DNA from: Opitutales bacterium
Lineage (GTDB): Bacteria; Verrucomicrobiota; Verrucomicrobiia; Opitutales; UBA2987
Length of the DNA: 64,000 bases
Reading direction: 5' to 3'
NCBI GenBank assembly: GCA_965226885.1
Contig: CBDDEL010000016.1
Coordinates: forward strand, 64,001-128,000
Below the pieces are notes generated by a model. That model had not been told where the DNA came from. It did not search any database and saw only the letters and a list, made by a program, of their open reading frames with translations. The position numbers were made by a program, and so were the translations under genes. Positions within the stretch are counted from its first letter, which is position 1, and each line of letters begins with the position of its first letter. Below, piece after piece: positions 51,107 to 62,014 of the stretch.

Positions 51107-52876
51107 TTAAAACCAGAATAAAATACCTAGCAGGAGGACGGCCAGGCAGGCGGTTACTCCGATGGGTAGCGCGCCCAGGCGGGCTTTTTCATAATAATCC
51201 TGTTTTCTCGCAAAAATTTCGGAACGGCTCTTGCTTTGGGCGATCCAAACGGGCATCAGCAGACCAACCATAAGGTGCGAGGGCGCTTCGCGGAAAAACA
51301 GCCTTATGCGGGAAACCAGACGGGGCAGAAATTCCTCGAAAGTGAGAGTATTGAAACCACTCAAGAAAAACTCCGATCCACGGTAAAGGAGCCGGCCTCC
51401 TTTGCGGTAAAACCAGTCGATATCCAGGTTTACAGCACGCATTTCTCGTGGGTAGACGCCCAGGAGCATCAAGGTGGCAAAAGCCAGGGCGGAGAAAAAG
51501 AGCAATTGGGTCTGAGTCACCACATGGGTCAGGGTGTAGGGCACGAAGTCCACCGGATAGGGCAAGAGACTGTAGAGCAGGGTGGGAAAAGCGCCGTTGA
51601 ATATGCATAGAAAGGCGGCCAATCCCATAGCCACCAACATACTGGTGGGCGCCTCCTTGGTCCTGATGCCGGAATCGTGCCCGAAAAACGCAAAATAGGG
51701 AATTTTAATACCGGCATGATGAAATACCCCGGCGGAAGCGATGAGGAGAAATACCCAGACCCACAAATACCCTTCTTGACCCGCCGCCGCCAAAACCATC
51801 GACTTGCTGACGAAGCCGCTGAAGAGGGGAAAAGCCGAAATGGAAGCGGCCCCGACCATGCAAAATCCAGCCGTCAAGGGCATCGATTTATAGAGTCCGC
51901 CAAGGTCCGTGCCTTTGATCCGGCCCGTGCGCAGAAGAACAGCGCCCATCGACATAAAAAGGAGTCCTTTGAAAATGACATCGTTAAACGCATGGGCCAC
52001 CGCCCCGTTGATAGCCAGAGGTGTCCCAATACCGATTCCCACCACCATGAAACCGATCTGATTAATCATACTGTAGCTAAGCACTCTTCGGAGGTTGTTT
52101 TCGATCACCGCGAAGAAAATGGGAAACATCGTCATGATGGTTCCGATGACAACTAGCTCTTCAGCTCCGGGAAATCCTCTGGCCAGCGCGTAAACGGCTG
52201 CCTTGGTGGTGAAGGAACTCAGAAAAACCGTGCCCACCGGAGTGGCTTCCGGGTAGGAATCCACCAGCCAGGTATGCAGCAATGGGAAACCGCACTTGAT
52301 ACCGAAGCCAATAAATATAAGCCAGGTGGCCATCCCGCTCAGAGACATGCTCTCGAAGGCAAGGCTGCCGGTTTGGTGGTATTGCACGGCGGCCCCTGCC
52401 AAAACGAGCAAACCCGAGGATACATGCATGAGCAGGTAGCGGATACCAGAATTGAAGGATGTTTTGCTCCGGCGGGCCCAAATGAGAAATACCGAGGTAA
52501 TGGCCAGCAACTCCCAAAAGACAAAAAGGGTGAGCAGATCGCCCGCGAAAACCACCCCAACGGCGCTTCCGGCATAGAGCAGAGCTGCCACCAATTGCAC
52601 CCGGTCTTTTAACCGCACCGCGTAAATAGCCCCCAACAATGCCGCTATGTGAAAAAGATATCCGAAGAGCAGACTGAGCTTGTCCACTCGCAAGCAATTG
52701 AGCTCCAGGCCCATAAAGACCATAGGCATAGCATCACCTTGCTCCAGTGAATGAACATTGAGCAAGCCCAGCACAGGGGCCAAAATCAATACTGTTTTAC
52801 GCGCCTTGCCTGGCAAAAAAGGCAATACCAGCGCCCCAGCAAAAAGGATCACCGCGGGATGGAGGCTATTCGTCAT
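51107..52876 (-). CDS. mrpD: Mrp/Mnh antiporter MrpD/MrpA-like subunit (third copy)
   Basis: NuoL/M/N-type membrane subunit: FVFWELL, GIKCGFPLLHTWLVDSYPEA, AHAFNDVIFKGLLF. Confidence 0.85.
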   Translation of the reverse strand: MTNSLHPAVILFAGALVLPFLPGKARKTVLILAPVLGLLNVHSLEQGDAMPMVFMGLELNCLRVDKLSLLFGYLFHIAALLGAIYAVRLKDRVQLVAALLYAGSAVGVVFAGDLLTLFVFWELLAITSVFLIWARRSKTSFNSGIRYLLMHVSSGLLVLAGAAVQYHQTGSLAFESMSLSGMATWLIFIGFGIKCGFPLLHTWLVDSYPEATPVGTVFLSSFTTKAAVYALARGFPGAEELVVIGTIMTMFPIFFAVIENNLRRVLSYSMINQIGFMVVGIGIGTPLAINGAVAHAFNDVIFKGLLFMSMGAVLLRTGRIKGTDLGGLYKSMPLTAGFCMVGAASISAFPLFSGFVSKSMVLAAAGQEGYLWVWVFLLIASAGVFHHAGIKIPYFAFFGHDSGIRTKEAPTSMLVAMGLAAFLCIFNGAFPTLLYSLLPYPVDFVPYTLTHVVTQTQLLFFSALAFATLMLLGVYPREMRAVNLDIDWFYRKGGRLLYRGSEFFLSGFNTLTFEEFLPRLVSRIRLFFREAPSHLMVGLLMPVWIAQSKSRSEIFARKQDYYEKARLGALPIGVTACLAVLLLGILFWF

Positions 52877-53201
52877 AATAGTCCTCCCTTCTTTTTAATA
52901 GAGCCCTCACCACATATTTGGCAATCAGAACGATCGAGGTACATGCGGCAAAACCGTAGACCGCGTAGAAGCCAAACCATCCTTCGAGAGAAAATGCGCC
53001 TTCCTCAAAACTCAGGTGCTTGTGCTCAACTAAGAATACCAGGTCTAAAAGGAACAAAATCGCGCAGGTGATAACGAGAAGAGCGATAAATCTGCGAACG
53101 TTCTTCGGCTCGTCAAATAAGTGCTTCCTGCCGTCGTCGGGCAAAAGCGCCAGGCCGTCTTCATAATCGTGCCAGGGTTGGGGTTCTTCCTTGTCGGTCA
53201 T
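52866..53201 (-). CDS. Small two-TM protein within the mrp operon
   Basis: ATGA-coupled to the upstream mrpD; WFGFYAVYGF...LLKRREDYYD. Confidence 0.75.
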   Translation of the reverse strand: MTDKEEPQPWHDYEDGLALLPDDGRKHLFDEPKNVRRFIALLVITCAILFLLDLVFLVEHKHLSFEEGAFSLEGWFGFYAVYGFAACTSIVLIAKYVVRALLKRREDYYDE

Positions 53202-54673
53202 TGGGAACCTCCCATCAAAAGCGCCAAATTTAAAATAATTTCGGGAAACAGAAAAAGGGCCAGGCATCCCAGGGCGGTTGCCGTTAGCGGGATCACGCAG
53301 GCAGCGGGCGCTTCCCGCAGGTCTATCTTCATTATTCCGTTTTCCGGCGGTAAATAAAATGCCCTCACTGCAATGGGCAATAGGTAGGCGATGTTGAGCA
53401 GAGTGCTGACGGCAAAAACCAGGGCCAGATAAATGTTACCCGATTCTATCGATCCCAAAAAGAGGAACCATTTGCTCCAGGCTCCGCCCAACGGCGGCAG
53501 CCCGATGATGCTGAAAGCGCCCAAAAGATAGGCCGACATGGTAAACGGCATGTTCCACCCGATGCCGTTCAATTGGCTGACGTATTTTTTGCCGCTGGCC
53601 ACGAAAATGGCTCCGGCACAGAAAAAAAGCGTTATTTTACCCATTGCGTGCATGGCGATATGCATGATGCTACCGGTCAGGGCGCTTCCCGAAATCATAG
53701 CCGCTCCCAAAACAATATACGACAACTGGCTGATGGTTGAAAAAGCCAGGCGGCGTTTCAGATTGTCTTGGGTCAGGGCGATGAGGGAAGCGGTTAAAAG
53801 CGTTATGGCAGCCAGCCACACGATAACGTCGGCAGCGGCCACTCTACCTAGAAAATCGATTCCGAAAACACCCGTAAAAACCCTTAATACGCAAAAAACA
53901 CCGACTTTCACCACGGCCACGGCATGAAGCAGGGCGCTGACCGGTGTTGGCGCCACCATGGCGGCCGGCAGCCAGGAATGAAAGGGCATCAAACCGGCTT
54001 TGGAAAAACCGAAGACAAACATAACCAGCAATACAGTAGCTTCCACGCCGGTCACATTTCCGGCCAAAAAACCGCCGGAAGCAAAGTCCATGGAGCCGCC
54101 CGACTTGAGGTAGGAATAAATCATGGCTGGCAACGCGAAGGCCACCGATGTGCCCAGCAGATAAGTCAGGTAGGTGCGCCCTCCACTACGGGCTTCCTTG
54201 TCCTGATGATGCGTTACGAGGGGATAAGTTGACAGCGACAAGAGCTCGTAAAAAAGGTACATGGTCAGCAGATTGGCGGAAAACGCCACACCCAGAGTGG
54301 CCGACAGGGCGACCGCGAAAAAGACGAAAAAACGCGTTTGCGAATGTTCCTTCAGTTTCCTCATATAGCCGGTCGAATATACGGAAGTGGCTATCCACAG
54401 AGTAGAGGCCACCAAGGCAAAAAGCATGCCCAAACCATCCACCCGAAAAGCCAGCGCGAGGCCGGGAAGGATTTCCCAAAGGGTCCATTCGATAACTTTC
54501 CCCTCCAGGATAATAGGCAGCATGGACAGAACGATTCCCAGCTTGATAAACCCTGCCAGGAAGGTCCACCCCTCGCGTAAGTTGGGTTGTCGCCGGGACA
54601 TGAGGATGGGGACGACGGCCAGGAGTGAAACCGAACAGGCGATCAGGGGCTTGCTGCTGATGACGACTTCCAT
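53198..54673 (-). CDS. mrpD: Mrp antiporter subunit D (second copy)
   Basis: LFYELLS, KAGLMPFHSWLPAAMVAPTPVSALLHAVAVVK, KRRLAFST. Confidence 0.9.
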   Translation of the reverse strand: MEVVISSKPLIACSVSLLAVVPILMSRRQPNLREGWTFLAGFIKLGIVLSMLPIILEGKVIEWTLWEILPGLALAFRVDGLGMLFALVASTLWIATSVYSTGYMRKLKEHSQTRFFVFFAVALSATLGVAFSANLLTMYLFYELLSLSTYPLVTHHQDKEARSGGRTYLTYLLGTSVAFALPAMIYSYLKSGGSMDFASGGFLAGNVTGVEATVLLVMFVFGFSKAGLMPFHSWLPAAMVAPTPVSALLHAVAVVKVGVFCVLRVFTGVFGIDFLGRVAAADVIVWLAAITLLTASLIALTQDNLKRRLAFSTISQLSYIVLGAAMISGSALTGSIMHIAMHAMGKITLFFCAGAIFVASGKKYVSQLNGIGWNMPFTMSAYLLGAFSIIGLPPLGGAWSKWFLFLGSIESGNIYLALVFAVSTLLNIAYLLPIAVRAFYLPPENGIMKIDLREAPAACVIPLTATALGCLALFLFPEIILNLALLMGGSQ

Positions 54674-54674
54674 T

Positions 54675-56189
54675 TTAACCGATAAAACCGAAAGGGCCGA
54701 ACGTGCTGACGGCCTGGCGTATGAGCAGGACGATTTCCCGATTGAAGATGCCGATGAGCAAGAGACAGGTGGCCGAAATTAACACCGGGCCCAACATGGT
54801 TGCGGGCGGCTCCCCTGCCCCACCCGGCGTTTCCACTTCCGCCGTTTCTTCATGGGAACCGGATTTTGAAAAATAGGCCACTTCGAAAATACGGAAGAAG
54901 AGAATCGCATTGATCAGGCTGGAAAATAGCAGCGCAACAACATAACCCCAATGGCCGGCCTCAATGGCCCCGCTGATGAGGTACCATTTGCTAAAAAAGC
55001 CGCAAGTGGGCGGAATGCCGATCATGGAGAGCCCGGCGATGACAAACCCTCCCATCGTCCAGGGCATTTTTCTAAACAATCCATCCATTTCCGGAATCGT
55101 AGATTTGCCCGTTTTGTAAATGATCGCGCTGGCCGCCAAAAAGAGGCACAGGGTCATAAAGGCGTCACTGACGACATGATAAAAAGCCCCCACTAGTGCG
55201 GTTTCGTTGGCCAGCCAGACGCCCCCCACCATGTAACCGACTTCAGCGACAATGAGATAGGATAACATCTTTTTGAGATTGGTCTGGGCCAGGGCCAAAA
55301 TGGAGCCCGCCACGATGGCCAGAACCGCCATCCAGACCACCTCCTGGCTCCAGCCCAGGTAAACGAAAACATACCCCGGACCGAAAACCGTCATCATCAT
55401 CCGGATCATCACATAGATAGTCACTTTGGTCACCAAGGGGGCCAGGACGCAGCTGGTGGAGGACGGAGCGTAGGCGTAGGCATTGGGTAGCCAGCCGTGC
55501 AACGGGAAAAAAGCCATTTTTATCCACACTCCGACAAGGATCAGCATAAAGGCCACGATGATTGTTTTCGAGCCATAGAGATCTGACTGGCTCAGAATCT
55601 CCCCTATATCCACCATGTTCAGGGAACCGGTTTGGATGTAGAGATAACCCACCCCAAGCAGGTAAAAAGAGGCCCCTATGGTGCCCATGATGATATAATT
55701 GAAGCTGGCTAAAACCGCGCGTCTGGAACTCATTGCGATCAGGGCATAACTGGTCAAAGAAGAAACCTCCAGCAGCACGTAGAGATTGAAAGCGTCGCCG
55801 GTTAAACTCATTCCCTGCAAACCAGTAATGAGAAGCAGGAAGAGGGTGTAAAACTGGGGGCATTTATCGGGAGTTTCGGCAGCGGCGGCCCGGATCGAAT
55901 AGATGGCAGTTAAAAGTGAAACCGCGTTCACTACGACTAAAAGGATAGCGTTCAGTGCGTCGATTCGAAATTCGATACCGAATGGTCTCTCCCACCCCCC
56001 CAATCTATAAACCACTTCCCCACCCTCGGCCACCTGCCCGAGAAGCGAAATGGACAGGACCAGTGAGATACTCAAGGCGAATAAAGTCAGGGGCAGGCAA
56101 AGCACTGTCTTCCAACTGCCCAGGAGGGAGACCGCTATGGCCGCTAAAAATGGCGCCAGAAGGATTAGGACGGGGTATTGGTCAGCCAT
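54675..56189 (-). CDS. mrpD: Mrp antiporter subunit D (first copy)
   Basis: GGWERPFGIEFRIDAL, TGDAFNLYVLLEV, KMAFFPLHGWLPNAY. Confidence 0.92.
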   Translation of the reverse strand: MADQYPVLILLAPFLAAIAVSLLGSWKTVLCLPLTLFALSISLVLSISLLGQVAEGGEVVYRLGGWERPFGIEFRIDALNAILLVVVNAVSLLTAIYSIRAAAAETPDKCPQFYTLFLLLITGLQGMSLTGDAFNLYVLLEVSSLTSYALIAMSSRRAVLASFNYIIMGTIGASFYLLGVGYLYIQTGSLNMVDIGEILSQSDLYGSKTIIVAFMLILVGVWIKMAFFPLHGWLPNAYAYAPSSTSCVLAPLVTKVTIYVMIRMMMTVFGPGYVFVYLGWSQEVVWMAVLAIVAGSILALAQTNLKKMLSYLIVAEVGYMVGGVWLANETALVGAFYHVVSDAFMTLCLFLAASAIIYKTGKSTIPEMDGLFRKMPWTMGGFVIAGLSMIGIPPTCGFFSKWYLISGAIEAGHWGYVVALLFSSLINAILFFRIFEVAYFSKSGSHEETAEVETPGGAGEPPATMLGPVLISATCLLLIGIFNREIVLLIRQAVSTFGPFGFIG

Positions 56190-56616
56190 CGTCCGGGTTT
56201 ATTTTCGCCAGTATCTCCGGTTCTTCAATGGAGCCGAATTCCTGGTTTAATTTTTGCACCATGGCCAGGCCGACCCCCAACGTAGCCACCCCGACCACGA
56301 TGGCAGTAAGCATCAATACATGCGGTAGCGGATTGGCGTAATTTTCCGCCCTGATATCCTCACCATGCTGCTTTTCCGCAGTGGTTTCTGCATGGACGGC
56401 GGCAGAGGAAACCCCATGCTCGAGAATTGGAATATTGGAACCTTCCTTTACCCCTATGGAAACATAAAATAAAATGATGGCGGTTTGAAAAATAGACATC
56501 CCGATCAGTTTTTTTATGAGGTTTTTTTTCGAAATCATGGCAAACAGGCCTATCATCATGAGGATGATATAAATCCAGTAATTGAGGCGCGAAACTATGA
56601 AATCCATAACAGTCAT
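56182..56616 (-). CDS. mrpC: Mrp antiporter subunit C
   Basis: NLIKKLIG, NPLPHVLMLTAIVVG. Confidence 0.93.
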   Translation of the reverse strand: MTVMDFIVSRLNYWIYIILMMIGLFAMISKKNLIKKLIGMSIFQTAIILFYVSIGVKEGSNIPILEHGVSSAAVHAETTAEKQHGEDIRAENYANPLPHVLMLTAIVVGVATLGVGLAMVQKLNQEFGSIEEPEILAKINPDDG

Positions 56617-56620
56617 GATT

Positions 56621-57376
56621 TCACAGACCCCCTTTCAAGCGCCCACCGGAAGAGAGATTGGCATAGATGGCAAACATCATGGCGGCAACCGTAAAGCCCA
56701 CTCCTATTTCCACCCCCATTATCCCATGAGAACGCGCCTCTATGGCATTTCCCGGCAATACCGCGTCAAGGGCTGAATAATCGAGAAAATTGCCTCCCAG
56801 CAAAATACAAATCAACCCGATACCCGCATAAATCAAAATGCCCGTTCCGCCCAAAATGACCGCCATTTTAACGGATACGCGATCCAGCGCGGTCTGCAAT
56901 TGAAATGACAAAGACAGCAAAATGAGGCTGGCCCCGAAAATGACTCCCCCCTGGAACCCTCCCCCCGGGCTGTGATGCCCGTGAGCGATGACATAGAAGG
57001 CAAATAATTGTATGACCGGAACCAACAGCCGGCACGTTTGTGCCAGAACCAGGTTCGACTCACTTAAACTCTTTTCAGTGGCCCCCCGCAGACGCACCCG
57101 CTTGTCAACCGGGCCGCGCAGAATTGCTATGATGGCGATCCCGGCGGTAAAAATGACCACGGTTTCAAAAAGAGTGTCGTATCCGCGGTAATCGGCCAGG
57201 ATGGCCGTCACCATGTTGGGGACGGAAGTTTCCGTAAAGGTGTCCTCGATATAATGCCGGGAAACCCGATACTGGTTGGCTGGCGAATGGGGGTCGCCCC
57301 AGGTCGGAAAATCCTCCGAGGCATAAAATAGCAAAGCACCGGTCATTATGACGGCTATGGCTCCCAGCGCTTTCAA
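56621..57376 (-). CDS. mrpB: Mrp antiporter subunit B
   Basis: NMVTAILADYRGYDTLFET, GHHSPGGGFQGG. Confidence 0.92.
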   Translation of the reverse strand: MKALGAIAVIMTGALLFYASEDFPTWGDPHSPANQYRVSRHYIEDTFTETSVPNMVTAILADYRGYDTLFETVVIFTAGIAIIAILRGPVDKRVRLRGATEKSLSESNLVLAQTCRLLVPVIQLFAFYVIAHGHHSPGGGFQGGVIFGASLILLSLSFQLQTALDRVSVKMAVILGGTGILIYAGIGLICILLGGNFLDYSALDAVLPGNAIEARSHGIMGVEIGVGFTVAAMMFAIYANLSSGGRLKGGL

Positions 57377-57618
57377 TCCGATGACTTTCTCTTGGTGTTG
57401 TAGATTGTCGAGATGAGGAACATGGTGCTGGCTCCGGCCCCCACAGCAGCTTCCGTAAAAGCTACGTCAACGGCCGCCATTTCAGCCCACAGCAGACACA
57501 TTAGAAAGCTGTAAACTCCAAAAATCATGGACGCGCTGAGCAAATCCGTCGAACGCAATGCAAGACAGGCGGCAATGAGCAAAAAGCCCAGAATTATCAA
57601 ATCGAATTGCCAGATCAT
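57373..57618 (-). CDS. Mrp subunit B' (DUF4040-type)
   Basis: AVDVAFTEAAVGAG. Confidence 0.88.
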   Translation of the reverse strand: MIWQFDLIILGFLLIAACLALRSTDLLSASMIFGVYSFLMCLLWAEMAAVDVAFTEAAVGAGASTMFLISTIYNTKRKSSD

Positions 57619-57965
57619 GTTTTCTCCTTGGTCGAAGGGGGTTTTTTATGTGCCCGCGCGGGTGAAAAACTCTGGCGTTGGTAACCGGCATGCATGAGGG
57701 CGTGGCTGCTGGTCGGGCCGGTCAGGGAAATAAACGCGATTATGAAGAATATTTTTCCCACCACCAGCAGGTTGGGCCAGGATAGATCATGCAGTTGGTA
57801 AACTGCAAAAGCAGTCAGCAGGCAAATGGTGGACAGGGTGTCGCTTATGCCCGCCGCGTGCACTCTGGAGTAAAAATCGGGAAAACGCAAAACCCCCATG
57901 ACGGCGCCAAAAAATATGACTATCCCGATGGTGAGCAAAAAGCCGCAGACAATATTCAATATCAT
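57615..57965 (-). CDS. mrpG: Mrp antiporter subunit G
   Basis: GVLRFPDFYSRVHAAG, PTSSHAL. Confidence 0.93.
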   Translation of the reverse strand: MILNIVCGFLLTIGIVIFFGAVMGVLRFPDFYSRVHAAGISDTLSTICLLTAFAVYQLHDLSWPNLLVVGKIFFIIAFISLTGPTSSHALMHAGYQRQSFSPARAHKKPPSTKEKT

Positions 57966-58267
57966 ACCCGATCCACCTCCGTGACAACAATTTTAGTGTA
58001 CCTTAACGGTTTCGTGCGCAAAAGATAACGGGCCGCAGCGAGAGAACCGATAAAATTCAGTAAGGCGTAAGTTAATGCAAAATCGACAAACATGCTCACC
58101 CGTCCGAAGATAATGCCAATAATAATGAGAAGGACGGTCGTTTGCGTTCCCAGAATATTGGCGGCTACTATGCGATCGATTGCAGTCGGTCCTATGATCA
58201 GACGCACTAGAATTAACAGCATGAGGAGGAATAAAAGGATTCCGCAGTTCAAAAACACATCTTCCAT
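57962..58267 (-). CDS. mrpF: Mrp antiporter subunit F
   Basis: RLIIGPTAIDRIVA, DFALTYALLNFIG. Confidence 0.93.
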   Translation of the reverse strand: MEDVFLNCGILLFLLMLLILVRLIIGPTAIDRIVAANILGTQTTVLLIIIGIIFGRVSMFVDFALTYALLNFIGSLAAARYLLRTKPLRYTKIVVTEVDRV

Positions 58268-58270
58268 CTT

Positions 58271-58762
58271 TTACCTTTCAGACCTTTCAAAAACTTCGGC
58301 AATGCGCCGTTCCATTTCGCCATCCAAAGAAGCGGCTGCCTTTCGGCTGATGGCATGAACATACAATGTATCATCAACCACATTCAAAGTCACCGTCCCG
58401 GGAGTGAGGGTGATAGAATTGGCCAGAACGAATCGGGCATAGTTGGACCGCAGGGTGGTTTTGAGCCGAATGATGGTCGGTTCGATTTCGGCAATACTTT
58501 TTGGCCAAAGAGCCAATTTGAGTATATGAAGATTGGACAAGAATATCTGATAAAGGAGCCAGACCAAATAACGGCAAAACCCAAACAACTGCCTGATACG
58601 AGCCCCAAACCCGATAGTGCGGTCGGTGAAATACAGATCTGAAGAAAAATAAGTTACGAAACTGGCCGAAAATACTCCCAGCGTGAGGTGGAACAGGTCG
58701 AATTTTCCTGAAAAAATGATCCAGACCCCAAAAAGAAGGATAAAGACTAAGATAGGATACAT
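58271..58762 (-). CDS. mrpE: Mrp antiporter subunit E
   Basis: LANSITLTPGT, LYVHAI. Confidence 0.93.
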   Translation of the reverse strand: MYPILVFILLFGVWIIFSGKFDLFHLTLGVFSASFVTYFSSDLYFTDRTIGFGARIRQLFGFCRYLVWLLYQIFLSNLHILKLALWPKSIAEIEPTIIRLKTTLRSNYARFVLANSITLTPGTVTLNVVDDTLYVHAISRKAAASLDGEMERRIAEVFERSER

Positions 58763-58963
58763 AAAAAATTTGAATACAATAAATTACGACAGGAGGCTCC
58801 TCAGCGCGAAAATGTTGTCAAGTCACGTCATGAAACATCCGTCCAGCCCAATCGGACCGTTAATCGGCTACCAAAAAGGACTGCATCGATGTTTTCAAGT
58901 CTTTCCTGAATTTTTAATGAGAGGAAAGGCTTTCGTTGATGCAAAGGAGTGGTTGGAGGCAAT

Positions 58964-59530
58964 TCAGTTAACCGAGGGATCGTCTGGAGCCTCCGCCAAT
59001 AATTTCATATCAGGAAGAATTTTCAACAGTATGTTTTTCCAAAGTTCCTTTCCCATTGAATTTTGCAAAGCATGCCCGTCAATCGGGCTTACCACCCAGG
59101 CGTCCTGTTCTACTTCGCTTTCGATCTGTCCGCGGGTCCAGTCCGCATAGCCAAGAAAACCGCGCACCACCAAATCCGGCTCATTGGCCAGCATAACCTG
59201 AGCCTTGTCCGTGGATATCCCGAAATACAGCGTGAAGACGCCCGTTTCTTCCACCCATTTCCAGGCTGCCAATATCAAATTCTGCCGGCTCACCGGCCCT
59301 CCATTGAAAACGGGAACCTCCGACAAAGGACTATAGGCAAACTCTGCTTTCAACTCGCCCAGGGACTTTCCCATTGGCCGGTTGATGACCACCCCGAGCG
59401 CCCCTTCATCATCGGAATGGGCGGAAATCAAGACCACCGTTTTATTAAAATTAGGGTCCAGTAATCCCGGATGCGAAATCAGGAGCGATCCGGATAAATT
59501 CTCTGATGTCTCACTTTGGTCTCTCATCAC
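58964..59530 (-). CDS. yqgE: YqgE/AlgH family protein
   Basis: DPNFNKTVVL, GVVINRP, GGPV, GYADWTRGQIESE. Confidence 0.92.
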   Translation of the reverse strand: MMRDQSETSENLSGSLLISHPGLLDPNFNKTVVLISAHSDDEGALGVVINRPMGKSLGELKAEFAYSPLSEVPVFNGGPVSRQNLILAAWKWVEETGVFTLYFGISTDKAQVMLANEPDLVVRGFLGYADWTRGQIESEVEQDAWVVSPIDGHALQNSMGKELWKNILLKILPDMKLLAEAPDDPSVN

Positions 59531-60040
59531 AACTGGCTAAGGGATATGCCCGATTCGATCAGAATTTCCATTGCAATTGAATCATTTTTATAATCGCAGT
59601 GGTAAATAATTTCCTGGATTCCTGCCGAAATGAGGATTTTTGTGCAATTGATACAGGGAAAATGAGTCAGGTAGGCCGTCGACCCTTGCAGACTGATCCC
59701 CCGCCGAGCCGCATCGGCGACGGCATTTTGTTCGGCATGGACGGTGGCCTGCTCATGGCCGTCGCGTACCCGCGAATGATGCGGCGCCCCCGGCAGAAAC
59801 CCATTATAACCGGCCGCGATGATCCGGTTTTTATGATTGCCCCCGCTGACCAGCACACAACCCACATGCAGTCTCTGGCAACTGGAGCGCGAGGAAATAA
59901 GGAGCGCCGTGGCCATGAAATATTCTCCCCACGATGGCCTTACCTTCCAGTTCTCCACCACTTCGCTGAGTTGCCGGATATGGTCAGGTTCGTCAGAGGC
60001 GAATTTTTTATTGGCCGCCGCCATCGTCATTTCACTCATA
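59527..60040 (-). CDS. dCMP deaminase (ComEB-like)
   Basis: RPSWGEYFM, RSSCQRLHVG, GYNG, HAEQNA, PCINC; start uncertain. Confidence 0.92.
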
Positions 60041-60173
60041 TGAAAACAGATTAAATAAAAACCCAAGACCCGCAATACAGAAATCTTATGCGGCCAATGT
60101 GTGCCAAGGCATTGAAAATCAAATGTTTTTGTTTACTTCGCCATTAAAACAGGCTAAGGAACAGGTTAATATA

Positions 60174-61976
60174 GAGGCTGTCCCAAAAATATAAAGATTT
60201 TATAGTCAACTGGATGACGTTGATAAAAAGAGCCGGAAAGAGCAAGTTTTTGCTCGATCCGGCCAAAAAAGGGTTCTATAATTGAGTTAGCGAAAATCAA
60301 TATAGCCCTTTCTATGTCTATGAAAAATATAGCCATCCAATGCCTCCTGCGTCCAGCTTTAACTGTGGTCGACCGGTGCCTCGATTACGATAACTTCCGC
60401 GCCACCATTGATCGAATCGGAGGTGGAATCGCAGGCCATTGAGCTGGCCTTGGAGGGGTGGCCGCCAATGGGTCTAAAGGCCCGGCGGCAGCGGGCCAGT
60501 TTTGCCATCAAGGCACTGCGCATGGATACGCTGGGCCGTCTGCTCGGAGGGATTTCGTTTCGGCATTTGTCGCGGGCTCTGGGCAGCAGCGATCTGTTGG
60601 CCGACTTTTGCCGTGTCCGGCAGATCGATGGCATCAGGGGCATCTCCAAAAGCACCCTGGAGCGGGCCTCGAAGTTTTTCAGCGAAGAGCAGTTGAGGGC
60701 CTTGCACCGGACCTTGACTGAGGTGGTGGGCGATGCCCTTCTGGCCCGGCAGGTGGGATTGGACAAGCCGATTGACACCACCATTTGCCTGATCGACGGC
60801 ACCTGTTTGGAGGCTAACATTCATTGGCCGACGGACTGGGTATTACTCAAGGATGTAGCCGGCACGTTGCTCAAAGCGATCCGGCTGATCCGCGAGAAGG
60901 CCGGTGTGCGCCATCGCATGCCGATCGAACCGGAGTCCTTGGCTCGGCAGATGAATCGGCTGTGCATACAGATGACCCACAGCCGGCGGCGAAAGGACAG
61001 CGCGCGGCAGCGCAAGGGTATCTTGAGGCAGATGAAAAAGCTGCTCAAACGGATCGGGGAGCATGCCCGCAGTCACCGGGAATTATTGCAAGCCTGCTGG
61101 GAGCAAAGCGATTACAGCGAAAAACAGGTCCAACAGATCCTCGCCCGGATGGAGCGCATGAGCGAGCAAATCCCGGTGGTCATCAAACAGGCGCACGAGC
61201 GGATCATTGGCGGCCGCCAGGTGAAAAACGCAGAGAAAGTCTTGAGTGTTTACGAACTCGATGTGCAGGTGATTGTGCGAGGTAAAGCGGGCCAAGAGGT
61301 CGAGTTCGGCAACACCCTGTTTCTGGGAGAAAGCGTTGAAGGGTACCTGCTGGACTGGAAACTCTACGGCAGCCGAACTCCAAGCGAAAATGAACAAATG
61401 CAAGAGAGTTTGCAAAGACAGAACCGCTTCAACCTGGAAGAACCCATAGCGGCCATGTGCGCGGACCGGGGATTTGCCTCCCAGCGGGCCCGCCGGCAGT
61501 TAGCCCAGGAGGGAATCTACGACGCGCTCTGTCCACGCGATCCGAAGCAGTTGAAAAAACGGATGGAGGAACCACTGTTCAGGCAATTGCAAAAGCGCCG
61601 GGCCAGCACCGAAGGGCGGATCGGGGTATTGAAGAATCGCTGGCAGGCCGGGCGGTTGCGCAGCAAAGGCTTTGCCAACCGCTCGATCAGCGTAGCCTGG
61701 TCGGTACTCTCGCACAACCTATGGAAAGTAGCCAAGATGCTGGCCCAGCAAGACGAACTAAAAACCAAAGCGGCGGCCTAGAGAGCGGAAAAGCAAGGAC
61801 AATACTTTTTCACAGCCTTACTGTCGGCTCATACAAAGAAAACCAGGCAACCGGACCCCAAAACCAGTATCCTATCGTCATAGGAGAGCAAAGTTGATAC
61901 TCTCCCAAATGCAAATACCTCTAAAATGAGCGCCTATCAAAAGCCCTCGCAAAAATCACCCTTTTGGGACAGCCTC
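60174..61976 (+). mobile_element. ISNCY (ISDol1-like) copy 3, 7-bp TSD TAATATA; transposase 60320-61781 frameshifted by a 20-bp deletion near 60419
   Basis: Same IRs; TAATATA at 60167-60173 and 61977-61983; alignment to copy 1 shows loss of ATCGGCTGCTGATCGACTCG. Confidence 0.88.
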
Positions 61977-62014
61977 TAATATACGGATAATATTTCTGCT
62001 AACTTTTTCGCGCC

